From contig CM102288.1 in the NCBI GenBank assembly GCA_046563655.1, positions 3,968,001 through 4,032,000 on the forward strand: DNA of 64,000 nucleotides, in the 5' to 3' direction. Both the position numbers and the translations under genes were made by a program. The notes beneath the pieces were generated by a model that was not told the DNA's origin, searched no databases, and saw nothing but the letters and a program-made list of their open reading frames with translations. Positions 39,569 to 57,900 of the stretch are shown here, piece after piece; position 1 is the stretch's first letter; every line of letters starts with the position of its first letter. This DNA is from Yuukianura sp. NJ FZ-2021 (lineage: Eukaryota).

Positions 39569-41984
39569 TTTTGCACAACTGAATTCGCAAACTTCGAAAA
39601 GTGGACTGAACGTAGTAAAAAACGGCTAAAACTGTCACTTTCACTATCACGTTTCACCTGGATCCACAATTTGATAAAAACTTTTGTACAAAAACCGTTA
39701 ATTCCAAGCTTTTCCTGTTGTTCTGTGTAATCTCTTTCTGTGTTTTAGTGGACTGTAAAAATTTACACGGGCGATTAAAACTTCAACTTGAAATTTTTGC
39801 GAATTTGAAATTTGGTATTGAAGTGGTTTGATGATTGATTGATAAGTGAACTGACATTGGAGCAGTTCTCAGTACGTCCGCATACTAATTCCAAAAACCG
39901 CAAAAGAGGAAGACTGAATGTGTTAGCAGTGCAAATAAACCTTGCAAAAAATATTTGCAAAACCCAGTGACGCCACTCCCCTCCTTCCACGGATGGCGTT
40001 CCAGAAATTTTGCAAAATAGTCACTCTCTGATTTTACGTGAAACAGAGTTCCGTTTTGAATGTAAAATTTTGCAAAAATGGACAAACGGACTTTGCTATG
40101 CGTCAGCTTTGCACATTTTCTTTGCAAAATGTTCCCCCTTGTTACATTTGTTTTTCAAGTTCACTGTCTATTGATCTTGAAATGGAAAGATGGGTGATAG
40201 GTGTACGTCGGTTTGTAGCTTAACGCCAACTGACACATCAAGGGAAAACGGCATGAGTCAACTTCCCCTCGTTTTTAGTTCTTACACGCCACTTGCCAAA
40301 AATAAACATTCACTCATACCAACTTACCACAAGTTTTAAAAATTTTAAATTTCAGTTTTTGTTTAAAAGTATGAAAGTTATGAAAGAAGTAGAAAGAAAT
40401 TCAAATTCAAGCTTTTTTGAAACAGTTATTCAGATTTAGACAATTTTGAACAATTTAGAACTTTTGAAACTATTGCAATTTGCAAAAGCATGGTTAAGTA
40501 TAAAAGTGACGCTTTTGACTCGGCTGCCTCCTCGTTTCAAGTTACAATTTTTTCTAAACTTGAGTTTTAGCGGTTGAAATTTTGAGAAAAGAGATGGCGG
40601 TACAATTCAAAATTGGAAAAAATAAAAGTCAATATTTTTAGCACGATGCCCAGCTATGCAAGGGCGATTTTTTTGCAAGTTAGGAGGAATCGTAGGTTTT
40701 AGGTGAACCGATGCACTGATTTTTTTTTATTTACTGTTGTTCTTTTTGAAGGTTTCAGTTGGTGATTTGAGTTTGAGTGGAGATGTGTGCCAATTACTGT
40801 TAATCGTTCCAATCTTCCAATTAATTAATTCACCACGTCCATCAAAAACCCATCTGTGCTGCTCAGCTACACCTAGTAAGTATATGGTCCGAGTTCTTGA
40901 AAAACTGACAGTACTCTTGCGGGTCTCACTCTTTCTGTTAGTAGTTACTTTGGAATTAGTTTGACCTTTGACATCTCATTCGTCAAATTACACCACAAAT
41001 TAGGTAAATGCCGGAATGAATTGAAACTAATCTAAAGACCGCACCATTCTTAAATTTTGTTTTTTGACCATCTAGGAGTAGGAGTGGATGCAGACTTAAT
41101 CATTTCCAATTCCAGTGTTGTGGTTAACTACACAACTTGTGGACGCGAATGGACAAAACATCTTGTACTGGTAGTGTACGGTATCAAAGTTCGTGATTAA
41201 CAATTTAGGTCAAGGCATAGGCAATCAAAAATCAAATGTTCAATTCAGATTCAGTTTGGACTTGGATAGATCAATCTGCACTTCGACGTGGAATACAACG
41301 AAAATAAACTACTGGGTCATTCACCGCTCATTTTCTTACATACGTCTTCAACTGTACTTACCGGTAAGCCTTAAGCCAAAGACTAAACTAATTCAACATA
41401 GGTTAATTGTTGCCTTTTGTCTTTTTGAAGTTGACAGCGAATTGGAAATTTTGAGACATGCAGTACATACTAACAATTTAACAATTGGGAATTGTAATTT
41501 GTATACTATAAAAGGATTGATTTCTCTTTTTGAAAAATGACGTTAGTTCAATAGTTCAATTGGTACGTTGGTTGGTACATCGGGACAGTTAGTTGAGTAA
41601 TAATGCTGATTGTTTCATGGTTTCATGTGTCACGTGGTTATGCTTTATCATTTATCAAATGTTCTTGAAATGGACTTATAATCGCAAATCATTTGACACT
41701 TCGACTGACATTGTGAGGTTAAACTCCATCTTATCTCGCAGAATTCCACGGACGTCCAACAGTCCTTATAAAGTTATCAGGAAAATATTGGCCAAGTTGC
41801 CTTCGCCTGTCTTTGTTGATTTTCAAAACTAATTCCATTCTCTTTAACTACTTAATCCCAAGATTAATCTTTAACTTAGGAAGAGCTCTTCCTCTTCCTA
41901 AAAACTACAATAGTATTCTAACTAAAGTCGTTTTTGCCTTTTGTAGATTTGTTAATCGTCGGATGTGATCAGTTGACGCCCACT

Positions 41985-46853
<4,869 letters not shown>

Positions 46854-47446
46854 ACGGAAAAAAATTGGACGAAATTTAGAAAAACTGAGTTTAGGGTTTA
46901 AAAAATAAGTTTAGAAAACGTTATATTTAAAACCATCCCGTGTTTCCCTTCCAAAAGTTAACCTCGCCTGTTGTAATCATACGGAACACTTAAATTCGAA
47001 ATATAATTTAGCATAGAAAGTTAGCGGCGAATCACAAACTGTTCAACCTGAATACTTAAAATGGATATTTTTGTTTAGAGTTTTTTAGAATTTAGTTAAC
47101 AAAACTAACTTTTTGTTTAATTTATTTGTTGATCTTGGAATGTTTAGGAAATTTGTAAAATGCATCACAGAATGAGTCCATGTGATTTGCCGGTCTGACA
47201 GAAAGGATCTCACAATCTAAATTCAACACTTCTGCTGGTTTCGTTATCAATTAAAATGTGTCACTATTTGAAAAAAAAAATGAACTTTTCATCACTTAAC
47301 TTGCAAGATTTTTTGGTCTTGAAAAGCTCGAGTATGAAAAGTTGACTTTTTCACAGATAAGATTGGAGGTCAAGTGTAAAAAGCTCGAGATTGTCGACAT
47401 CCTAAATGTCAGAAGTTTTAGTTGTGCAATTTTGAAATTTCGAAAA

Positions 47447-48479
47447 ATGTCCCCATTTCGTGAAATTTTGGAGGAAGAATTTGACAGGCTTGAAAATATG
47501 CTGGAACGACGGTTACCACAATCCAGCCGCGTAAGTTCAAATTTGAATTTACGTTTGGTTTAATTTTAGATTATAAATTGTTCCAATTTATCTTCAGGTT
47601 TTCAATATTTTGAGAATCAAAAGGCTCAACTGTCTTCCTTCAAAACTGAAAACGAAGTTTTTCGGTTTTACTCAAAACGGGTTTTCCGACATGTCGTTCG
47701 TTTTGTCCATGCAATATTTTGAGGTATTAAAAAAAAAAAAATAACAATTTTGTGAAACAGGTGAAATGGCATTGTCATTTTGAATATTTTTTGTTCAGAA
47801 TTTCGAAGGTGGTTTCTACATCGTCTTTTCAGCGTTCGAAGAAGCAAGCGTTACGCCAGCACTTCTGGATGGACTGGAATCTTTTTTAGATTGGAACCAA
47901 ACGATGCGCTTAGATTTGCCAGAAAATCAGCTTCTGATTGACTTTTTCAAAAGAATGGAACAGAAAAACAGCACTGGTCCAGTGAAACCAGTTCTAAGCA
48001 TCCACGAATCCTATGGTTTCATCATGAACCTCAACGAAACGAACATTGTGCCGACCGCCGAAACAGTACCGGTTGGGATTCGAACCGGATCGCTGGAAGT
48101 GAAACGCTTGGAGTCGGAGCAAGACATTACCGAAGTGGACTCCTATTGGATCAGAGAATCGAAGTTACGGGAAACCGTTGCCGTTTCGATTTCGTCTCTG
48201 CCGTCAACTGGTGTATACCACAAGGGAAATCTGGTCAGCTTCACTCTAACGGCATTTCATGGCTGTGTCAATGCTCTGTTTACGCATGATGACTATCGGG
48301 GTCAAGGATTGGGTCAATGGGTCACAAGAGTCACGGCTCAAGGTCAACTTAAGTTAGGACTTATACCTAGTGCAAGGTCACTGCGACACAATGTCACTGC
48401 TCATAGGGTGCTGGAGAAAGCTGGACTTGCCAAAACACACAAGACAGTATGGATTGACTATGTTGTTGCACAACCTTAA
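47447..48479 (+). CDS. GNAT-family acyltransferase (glycine N-acyltransferase-like/FR47-like C-terminus), copy 1 (~296 aa)
   Basis: Exons 47447-47530, 47598-47723, 47799-48479. Acyl-CoA-binding motif A (ALFTHDDYRGQGLG) and NVTAHRVLEKAGL. Confidence 0.82.
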
Positions 48480-48656
48480 TAAAAATTTGTGCAATTTTGG
48501 AAATTCTGACATATTGGCAATTTTAAGATTCCAAACTGTATTTTTTGCTTTTTAGTATTCGTTAATGTTGGCTATCGATAGTTTTTGGTACAATTTTTCT
48601 TGAAGGCTTGAAGATTTTGAAACTTATTAAAATTCATGACTTTAGAGTTGACCCTG

Positions 48657-48916
48657 TTAGGTCTGAAGGAACTGCTGACTTTGGAAGTTCGGAAAATTTG
48701 GTTGACCTTGAAAGGTCTGCGCATAATACTGACTTTGGAAGGATTGAGAATACTGCTGACCTTGAAAACTCTGAAAATACTGTTGACCTTGCAAGGTCTG
48801 CTGACCGTGGAAGTATTGAGGATACTGCTGACTTTGATAAGTTTGGGCATACTGCTGACCTTGATATGTTTGAGCGAAGTGTTGGAAGGTCTGAGGACAC
48901 GGCTGACCTTGACCCA
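48657..48916 (-). pseudogene. 5'-truncated duplicate of the last exon of the neighbouring Q-rich gene
   Basis: Encodes LGQGQPCPQTFQ...QQYPQYFHGQQTLQGQQY... matching 50397-50683, but is cut at the duplication junction (~48917) and lacks the original acceptor and upstream exons. Confidence 0.75.
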
Positions 48917-49203
48917 GAAATGCATCACAGAATGAGTTCAATGTGATTTGCCGGTCTGACAGAAAGGATCTCACAATTCAAATTCACCACTTCTGCTGGT
49001 TTCGTTATCAATTAAATGTGTCACTATTGGAAAAAAAAGAAAAGAATGAGCTTTTCATCACTTAACTTGGACGATTTAGTGGTCTTGGAAAGCTCGTGCA
49101 TGAAAAGTTGTCTTTTCCACAGATAAGATTGGAGGTCAAGTGTAAAAAGCTCGAGATCCTGAATGTCAGAAGTTTAGTTGTGCAATTTTGAAGTTTCGAA
49201 AAA

Positions 49204-50230
49204 ATGTCACCATTTCGTGAAATTTTGGCGGAGGAATTTGACAGACTTGAAAATGTGCTGGAACAACGCTTGCCACAATCCAGCCGCGTAAGTTCAACTT
49301 TGAATTTACGTTTGATATAATTTTTAAATTGTTCCAATTGTTCTTCAGGTTTTCAATATTTTGAAGATCAAGAGGCTCAACTGTCTACCGTCAAAACTGA
49401 AAACGAAGTTTTTCGTTTTCGCTGAAAATGGGTTTTCCGACATGTCGTTCGTTTTGTCCATGCAATATTTTGAGGTATTCAAAAAAAATGACAACAATTT
49501 TGCGAAACAGGTGAAATAGTGAAACTGTCACTTTGAAACTGCTTTTTTTCAGAATTTGGAGGGCGGGAACTACATCGTCTTTTCAGCGTTCGAAGAGTCC
49601 AGCATTACGCCAGCACTTCTGGATGGGCTGGAGTCTTTTTTAGATTGGAACCAAACGTTTCGCATAGATTTGCCAGAAAATCAGCGTCTGATTGAATTTT
49701 TCAAAAGAATGGAGCAGAAAAACATCGTAGGTCCAGTGAAACCAGTTCTCAGCATCCACGAAGCCTACGGTTTCATGATGAACCGGAACGAAACGAACAT
49801 TGCACCTACTGAAACGGTACCTATCGGGATTCGAACCGGAACGCTGGAAATGAAACGCTTGGAGTCGGAACAGGATATTACCGAAGTAGACTCGAATTGG
49901 ATCAGACCATGGAAGTCACGGGAAGCCGTTGCCGTTTCGGTTTCGTTTCTGCCGTCAGCTGGTGTGTACCACAAAGGAAATCTGGTCAGCTTCATTCTAA
50001 CGGCAATTCATGGCAGTGTCAATGCTCTGTTTACGCATGACGAATATCGAGGTCAAGGATTGGGTCAATATGTCACGAGGGTCACGGCTCAAGATCAACT
50101 TAAGTTAGGACTTATACCTAGTGCAAGGGCCCTGCGACACAATGTCACTGCTCATAAGGTGCTCGAAAGAGCTGGACTTGCCAAAACGCACAAGACGGTA
50201 TTGATTGAATATGTTGTTGCACAACCTTAA
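49204..50230 (+). CDS. GNAT-family acyltransferase, copy 2 (~295 aa)
   Basis: Exons 49204-49287, 49349-49474, 49553-50230, with the same structure as copy 1. Motif ALFTHDEYRGQGLG. One codon shorter (IAPT-ET vs IVPTAET). Confidence 0.82.
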
Positions 50231-50394
50231 TAAAAATTTGATTAATTTTCAAATTCTGACATAATTTTATTGGCAATTTTAAGATTTGACAGTATTTTTT
50301 GCTTTTTTAGTGTTCGTTAATGTTGGCTATCGATAGTTTTTGGTAGAATTTTTGTTAAAGCCTTGAAGATTTTGAAATTTTTGAAAAATCGTGA

Positions 50395-50683
50395 CTTTAG
50401 AGTTGACCTTGGTAGGTCTGATGATACTGTTGACTTTCGAAGGCCTGAAAATTTGGTTGACCTTGAAAGGTCTGCGCATAATACTGACTTTGGAAGTATT
50501 GAGGATACTGCGGACCTTGAAAGGTTTGATAATACTGTTGACCTTGCAAGGTCTGCTGAGCATAGTACTGACCGTGGAAGTATTGTGGATAGTGCTGACC
50601 TTGATAAAGTTGTTGTTGACCTTGATAGGTTTGAGCATAGTGTTGACCTTGGAAGGTCTGCGGACACGGTTGACCTTGACCCA
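50395..50683. repeat. Degenerate ~21-27 bp coding minisatellite (ACTG(C/T)TGACCTTG(G/A)AAGGT-like units)
   Basis: Roughly a dozen TGACCTTG/TGACTTT-anchored units. A second array lies at 48637-48916. Confidence 0.8.
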
Positions 50684-52767
50684 AGGTCACTGGCGCCGTG
50701 CGTCGAAAGAGCCGTTGACAGAAGCTGTTTGGAGTCTGCTGTGAGAAATTGCGTACGTCCTTGATGTGTCGACTCCAAACGTCGTGTGTCAACGGCCCGT
50801 AGATTCTTTCTGGTGCGCTTTTTGCGTCTTTGAGTTGATACATCCTGAAATGTCCAAAAATATATAAATTATATAAAACAATAATTAAATACAGTTAATT
50901 ATAATTAATCATATTTTACTAGCTCTTACACTCCGTTCACCACGATGGTTCTCGGGTAAATGTTTTTCCCGTAGGAAAGGAAATTTCCGAACTTGACTCT
51001 GATCGGACAATTTTAAAATATCAATTAACACAACATTAACTTTAATTAATTTCTTTAATTTTAATTAATTAATTAAAGTTGTTAATTTTACGCGAAATTT
51101 TTGAGACTTCCAAGACCAACTCCCAAGACCGGAACTTTTGCAAACGTTTTTTTCCAACCGTAAGACGAACTGCTTGGTTTGAAGAGTCCGAAATTCTTGA
51201 ACGAACTTTTTCAAAAGAAAAATTCAAAATTCAAAAAATGTTTTTTAAAAAAAATCTTTTAAATCACCTAACCTGGTATTGATTGAGCTGAAGCACATCG
51301 GAGGAGGTCGGTAGTCTTCACAGAAATGTGTTTCCGATTCGGTTCGGATCGGCGAAACTCTGACCGGTGTGTTTCGGTATGTTCCGGTGAACGGGTAACG
51401 GCGATCCTCAAAGTCAATAGTCAAGCCATCAATTTCATTGGTCCATTCAGCTTTTTGTCGTGCAGCAGCATTAGCTCGGGCAACTTTTTCAAGCTACACC
51501 AATCAAAATTTGGCATTCCTTTGGCGCCAAAATTCGTATACCAATAATCTTTTAGCGCCAATTTTGAAATTTATACTTACGTATTCGATTGCACTGTTCT
51601 CAGTGATGCCCGGATACAGATCACCAAAGGACACTGGAATGCTGGCTTTCACTTCTAAACTGAACTTGCGCAGTTCTTCCGTTTGCTTGTACCGTTCCAC
51701 TCTCTTTTCCAGTTCCGTTTTCTCCAGCATTTTGTGCTTGAGCAGTTGCTGGACTGTGCGGACTTGCTGGTCAGCTTCAATCAACGACGTTTCTGCTTTC
51801 TTGTACGCTGCTTTTCCAGCCTCGAGTGCCTTCAGTCGCTTTTCCTTTGATTTTAAACAACTTTGGATCTTCTGCTCAACTTTCTTGAGTTGCCGACGTT
51901 TGATTTCCGTTTTCTTTCGGGCCGCGGTGACCTCAGCGGTGAAAGCAATTCGATTTTGACGTAAAGTGATCACGCGGTCTGTGAGATACTTGATGTCTTT
52001 GTCCAGAACTTCTTTTTCTTCTAGTGCACTTTTCAATTCAAACGAAATCTTATGCCAATCACAGTTCGGCACACAAGCTGAATCCAAATCACCGCCATCT
52101 TGAAAAGTTTTGGCGCCAACTTCTGGGTTTTCAACATCCTTGGCCTCAGCTTGATTCGAACTCACGTCCGGTCCACCTTGGGCAACTGGAATCTCGCCAG
52201 TGTTATCTCCTGCTCCAGCGTCATTTGTGATGGTGTCACCTAATTTAAAATTCGACTTGAAAGTTTGAAAATTTCGAAAGCGTGTTTTTTGAAAACCGCG
52301 GTGATACCTTCTTCGCCCTCCTGTACGCTTTGGCATGTGCATTGACTTTGTTCCAGTTTTGATTTGAGCGCTGCTTCTTCTTCGACTGTTTGCTTCAAGT
52401 CGATTGTTTTTTCTTGAACAGCGTCACTTAAAAATCCAATCCTCTCTTCAGTTGCAACTGTGAGACGATTGTTCCAGCGTTTCTGGACTTTGAGAAGGCC
52501 ATCAATGTCTTTTCGCAGCGATTCTGCCACCAAGCGATGCTCTTCCAGCGTTTCGTCAGCCTCGTCTACTTCCTGTTCCAGGTCTTTCAAGGCTTCATAC
52601 CGCTCAACTCGAAGGCGTCCGGCCTTCAAGCGATTGGATTGAGCGAGGCCCACGTTGCGCTTGAGCACTTCGATTGACTCCTTCACAACTTCCAGTTCCT
52701 GCATTGGAGTCCGTGGCAACAAGTTGGACATTGTGGACGACGGGCCAGGAACGGGGGATGACGCCAT
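50397..52767 (-). CDS. Unrecognised coiled-coil protein with C-terminal Q/Y/F/G-rich repeat (~656 aa, 6 exons in best model)
   Basis: Best model exons 52767-52308, 52239-51581, 51493-51273, 51205-51092, 50998-50930, 50844-50397 (1971 nt, frame-consistent). Two E/K/L/Q-rich heptad regions and a tail of QT(F/Y/L)QGQQY-type repeats. Exons 4-5 and the reading frame of the last exon are less certain. Confidence 0.65.
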
Positions 52768-54909
52768 GCTTTATGGCATTCTTTGTGGTAACAAATTTTT
52801 GAAAAAATTTCTGTCTCCAAAAAATTTGAACTTTTTTGAATTTGTCAATTCAAAAGATTTTGGTACTCTGTGCTCAATCTGCTTTTTCAACCTTTGAAAA
52901 GTCCCAACATTTAGTTATCCTAGAAACAAACCAAACTTTTGCGAAGAGTTTAAGTTGCCATGGAAACCTGAATCTCATGAACCTAAAACGCTTGAAAAAT
53001 TGGATTTTTTCATAATTTTGAAAACTTTAATGAATTTTGTGATGTTGAGTTTAGCTTTTAGCATGACATGCAGCTTACAAACTATTTTTGGAATGAAATT
53101 GCACGTTTTTTGTGTGAAATTGGTGAGCAAATTGTTCTTCTATTATTGCAATTGGTTCCATTGTGCAAATACTGAACAATGGACAATCGTGACAATTGGA
53201 TCGCTTGGCATCGCCTGAGGTGGAATTAAGTACTTGATGAGTTGTGACGAGGTTAGGCATAAATTATGGCAACTTCAGTGATGACGAGGTCACAAATTCC
53301 CACCTCCCAACACACGACAATTACTTTAGTTTGGATAAGTGAGGGAGCATCCCATTCACTTAACATGCCAAAATATTCACCAACCTCACTTTTCACATAT
53401 TTTTGCAATAATCGCAAACATTCGTGCAATTTTTTGTTAACTTTTTTCCCTTCAACGGAAAATCGTGTTTCAAACTAACCACAAATTCCATGGACATGGA
53501 CGAGTGCCTTAGTTCTGGACAAAAGTGTGATTGTTCACACCTTGCAAAGTGATTGTTCACACCTCAACTCACAGTCAAAATTAAGTAAACTGTCACGACT
53601 GTCAACGTTCAAAAGAATATTGAAATCTGTGGAGTGTGATATTCTAAAATCCAGGCTGAACTAAAAGTAATTATGGAGTGCAAGAAGTAATTAGGCTTAA
53701 TCTGGCCATTTTGGGGTAATGTGAGATAATTGAAATTTTGTAATTACTACGCTGTAACTACTTTAGGCAGTTTACATTCAGTAATTACCTATTCACAGAG
53801 GAAAAAAGTTCGTGACGATGACACTGCCACCCTCATTGTCAACCGTATCAAAGTCAGTTTCCTGTTTCAAAATTTCAAACGAATTTTGAAACAAAGTGTG
53901 AAACAAGAATTTCAAAATGTTTAAATGTTTAAAATCAGTTTAGCATTGTGATTGTTTAGTTGTTGAGTAAGGAAGAGGCCAAAGGTTGCCGCCTGTGGCT
54001 GAAGTGCTTTCTATTTCTATTGTTTTCCTTCACCTTCTTTAATCTCCAACACAAGTAAGAAGTGATTGTGCCTTTTCTAAATGAAGGTTCCACTTTTGTT
54101 CCACTTTTGTTCAAACAGAATTCACATTGAATTCCACTCGAGTGGAACGACCTCCACTCGTCACTTCATTGTCACCACAATCACGAAGATCCATCCAGAA
54201 GCATCAGCATTCCTCTGGAACAAGCAAAATTAGCAACACAAAACCAAGTTGTAAGCGAAAAGGACAAAAAGTGACAACGAGCTTCGCTAATTCTAAACAA
54301 TGGTGTTGTTTTTGCATGAGTAACAAAAGTGAATTTGCAAAAAGTGTTTGTGAATTTGCAAAAAAGTGTTTGACAAGTGGATTTCATTGGAATTGGATCC
54401 AGGATTAGTGAAGGGGCTAATCACAGAACGAGATCAGTACTTGGCTGATAGGGAAACTGAACAAGTTAATTTGTCAGTTCAATTTGTGCTCAAAGCAGGC
54501 ATCAGTCATTTCAACTTGTAGTAAAGTGCGACGAAATTGTTAAATTGTATTTATCAACAAAAGTGCTACACAACAATGCACTTTCCTTCAAGGTTTTTTT
54601 GAAATTTGACATTTGTTGACTTTGACTTTTCGGCGAAATTCAGCGCTGGAGAAAGTTGTGCTGAGATTTTGAAAATGCCATCAGTCACGTATGATTGACT
54701 GCAAAAATTTTTTCAAGTGACCTCATCTCCACTATGAAACTGTGATTGTTTTGTTTTCGCAGAATCTGAAATCAGGAATTCCAGATCAGTGCAAAACGTA
54801 AAGCTAAAAGTTAGTAGTGAATGTAACAGCGTGAAACAGTTGAACAAATTCACTCATCCAAAATTTGAAAAAGTAAATTTTGGAAATTCATAATTGAAGA
54901 AAGCCAGAA

Positions 54910-57900
54910 ATGGACGATAAAGTGCCAGGTAAAAACAAATCTAGCGATTTCAATATGTTTTAATTCAGTTAAATAGGATAGTGGAGCCTATGATTTTAAC
55001 AGTTCTTAAAAATCTTCGGATTCATTCAAAATTTCAGTTGAAAAAAAAATCAAAAATTGAAAACCCATTTTTTCGACATTGCAGGACTGGGTACTGGAAG
55101 TATCCATCCCTTGTCATACGTAAACAGTGGTTTCGTGGGTGGTGACGATGACGAAGTAGGAAAGCGGAGAAAGTCCAACTACGAAATGTTTCCTCTGGCG
55201 TCACTCCACTCTGCCGATGGTAACCTACTTTCTCTTTTTAACAATGGTTGATTATGACATAAAAGTGAAAGTCAAAAGTTACATTAAGCACATCAATCCC
55301 TTTCATACTTTTCTTTGTACCCGACAAAGGTCAACTAGGTCATCACACAAAGTTTCACTTTGAAACTAGGTCAAATTAAACCCCCTTTCACCAAAAGTCT
55401 CTGCAAATGAAATTCTGGACACTTGAGTGATGGACGTAATAAAAACACGTCATAAAGTTAAGTCCAATTACGTGTCTCTGGAATTCCACTTACCGTCAGA
55501 AAACACATTTTTTAGCAAAATTGCAAATGCTGGCAAATATTTTGCGAAAAGATGACCTTGAATCTTGTTCTTTGTTCCGTTTTTAATAAAACAATGACGT
55601 CAAAGGCGGAAGACCATATTTCATATTTTATTGAAAAGGTTTCAAAATCGCCTACTTTCTGCTTTCTTCCCACACTGACCTTGGAGACAGTAGACAGTGA
55701 AGCCATTTTCCCAATTCCAAAAAGCGACAGTTCTTTCAAAATAGTTTTTGTAAAGGAAGTTCTATCATAAAGATGGTAGAGATTAGTAGATTTCATTTTG
55801 ACAAAGAAAAGAAACGAACTTTGTGCGCATGAGGAGTAATGGATCTTGCCTCTGCTTTCATTTTGTGCTTTCACCAAGAAAATTTCTAGAAGTTCAGATT
55901 CATAAGCGTCTTTCCCAAGAAACAACTCAAACACTCACGGAAATTCCCACACTTACATTACTTTCACAAAAAGAAAAACTTTTTTTTTCATCAAAATAAA
56001 ATTTAAAAAAAGAAAAAAATTTTCTTGAAAAATCCAAGAACCAGATTATTTAAACCTTCCAGCAAACGCTTATGTTGCTGCGCTTCCGCTGTTTGGAGAA
56101 AGTATAATGGACTTCCAATATAAATAGACACTAAAATTGTGTTAGCAAATTTTTTAGAGAGGTTATTTGTGTCCATGTTTGGATATGTGTCCATTTTTGG
56201 ACATTTTTGACATTTCTGGACATACGGAGAAAGTTGTTTTTGTGATTAGACCAAGGACAGACCAGGAGTAATAAAATGAAGACATAAAAAATCATTTTTT
56301 GCGACTTTCCCTGTTGGTTTTATCGGATTCCTTGGAACACCCGCCACTCCTGTGGTTGTCGTATTTGCCCAATTGGTTCGAGTGACTGAGAGTGTATGGG
56401 CTGTGTGCAAAAATTTATTTGGTCCCCTCCGTGACTATTTTTTGCACAACCAAGGTGGAATCCAATACACTTCCAATAACGTCTCATCTTATTCCCCGAA
56501 TTTCCAGACAGGAACTCCGAAAACCCCACGAATCCCTCCGAACTTTCCTCTGCCCCTGGATCCATTGAGCACCATATGCCAAAATATGGACACAGTTAAC
56601 ATAGCCTCCCACCCTACTCTCACTTCTGCTAAAAATTTTGGCACAAAGTACTATCGCTGCTGCTACTCGCGTCAACAGCGTCTTCAGTCGATTTTAGTCT
56701 TTTGAGCAAAGCAGTAGTCTCTCTGTGCTGCGGAGTTTTTACAAAAACGTGGTTCAAATTGAAATCTTGCCAAGAAGGTGCTTGTTGCTTAAAAAGCAAG
56801 TGAAAGTTGGGTTTCCGGAAATTGCAAAAGTCCAAAATTTTGAAAACTGAAATTGAATTGTTTTGAGTTTAAATTGATTTTTGTTCTGCATGAGTTATTT
56901 GGTTGAATTGATTTTTTGGAAACTTTGGAGAAATTCAAAATCCTGGATCCAAAATGTCACTTTTACAACCCAATTGGGAGACTGTTGAAAGTTGTACTCT
57001 GAGTAGTAGTGAAGAAACAATAAGTTATTCCTACGATATACCCATTGACCCACCAGCCGATGACCCCGTGACCCCTGACTTTACTTCACTTGACCTCTTG
57101 CTCAAAGAAAGCGTCATTTTGCCTTCAAATGACGTCGTGACCTCTCGTCTCTTTGAGCAAGTCCGCTACGACTGGCTGCTGCCAAAACCAGGAGGGTGAC
57201 AACTCCAACGACTGTTGACCTTCCACAGGAGTCGTTTGCCCCAGTTGACCTTTGACCCCGCCAACTCTTTCCAAAAATTAACCTATCCCGGTGACCGTTC
57301 AAATTTTAGAAGTTGGGGTAACTCGAGAAAAGTGAAGTTAACTTTAGAGAATTACAGCCACTTAAGATAGCATTTGCCCACTTTTTAGAAAACTTTGACC
57401 TTTGACCCCTTAAATGTCTCCAACTGCAAACCCAATGCTTCTGTTGAGTGACACTGGAAGGCCTCTGGAGGAGGTGAAAGTGGTTGGCTTCGGAAGTGAC
57501 GTGATAGGAATTGACATAGAGGAGGTGGGAAGTGATGCTGGCAGTACTTCTCACGAGCACTTCCAAGTATCGTACTCTGCGTCTGTCCGAGACAGAGTTC
57601 GCAGAATGCGCATGACTAAGAGTGACATTGGGCTTATGACGAGTCTGCGTCTCAAAGTGGCTGATTGGTGGGCCAGTGTCTTTCGCAGAACTGGCTACGA
57701 CCAACGACGAACCGACACGAACATTCGGTTCGCCGATCAAGAAATTGAACTCATCCGAGGTAACATCAATTATTCCGGTTTCAAAATTTCAAAAATGAAA
57801 TGTGCAATTGACGAGAATGATGACAATAAACTGAAATTGAGACCAAACGGTTCCACTCATCTGGGAAAATTTTGAGTGGCGGTTAAGCCTAAGTATTTGT

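Larger units (their letters stand above)
47158..50683. repeat. Direct tandem segmental duplication, two ~1.76 kb units (47158-48917 and 48918-50683)
   Basis: Both units begin AAATGCATCACAGAATGAGT... and end ...TGACCTTGACCCA. They are colinear through the upstream region, the 3-exon GNAT gene, the 3' flank and the Q-repeat block. Confidence 0.92.

Noticed and set aside
47447..50230. GNAT genes as recent bacterial horizontal transfers
   Set aside because: Both have two spliceosomal introns and host-like composition, and animals have this family. A phylogeny would be needed to support transfer.
48572..50778. Multiple overlapping ORFs on both strands over the two Q-repeat arrays (e.g. 50363-50764 +, 50391-50744 +, 48608-48946 +)
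   Set aside because: Expected from a stop-poor minisatellite with unit lengths in multiples of 3. They are not independent genes.
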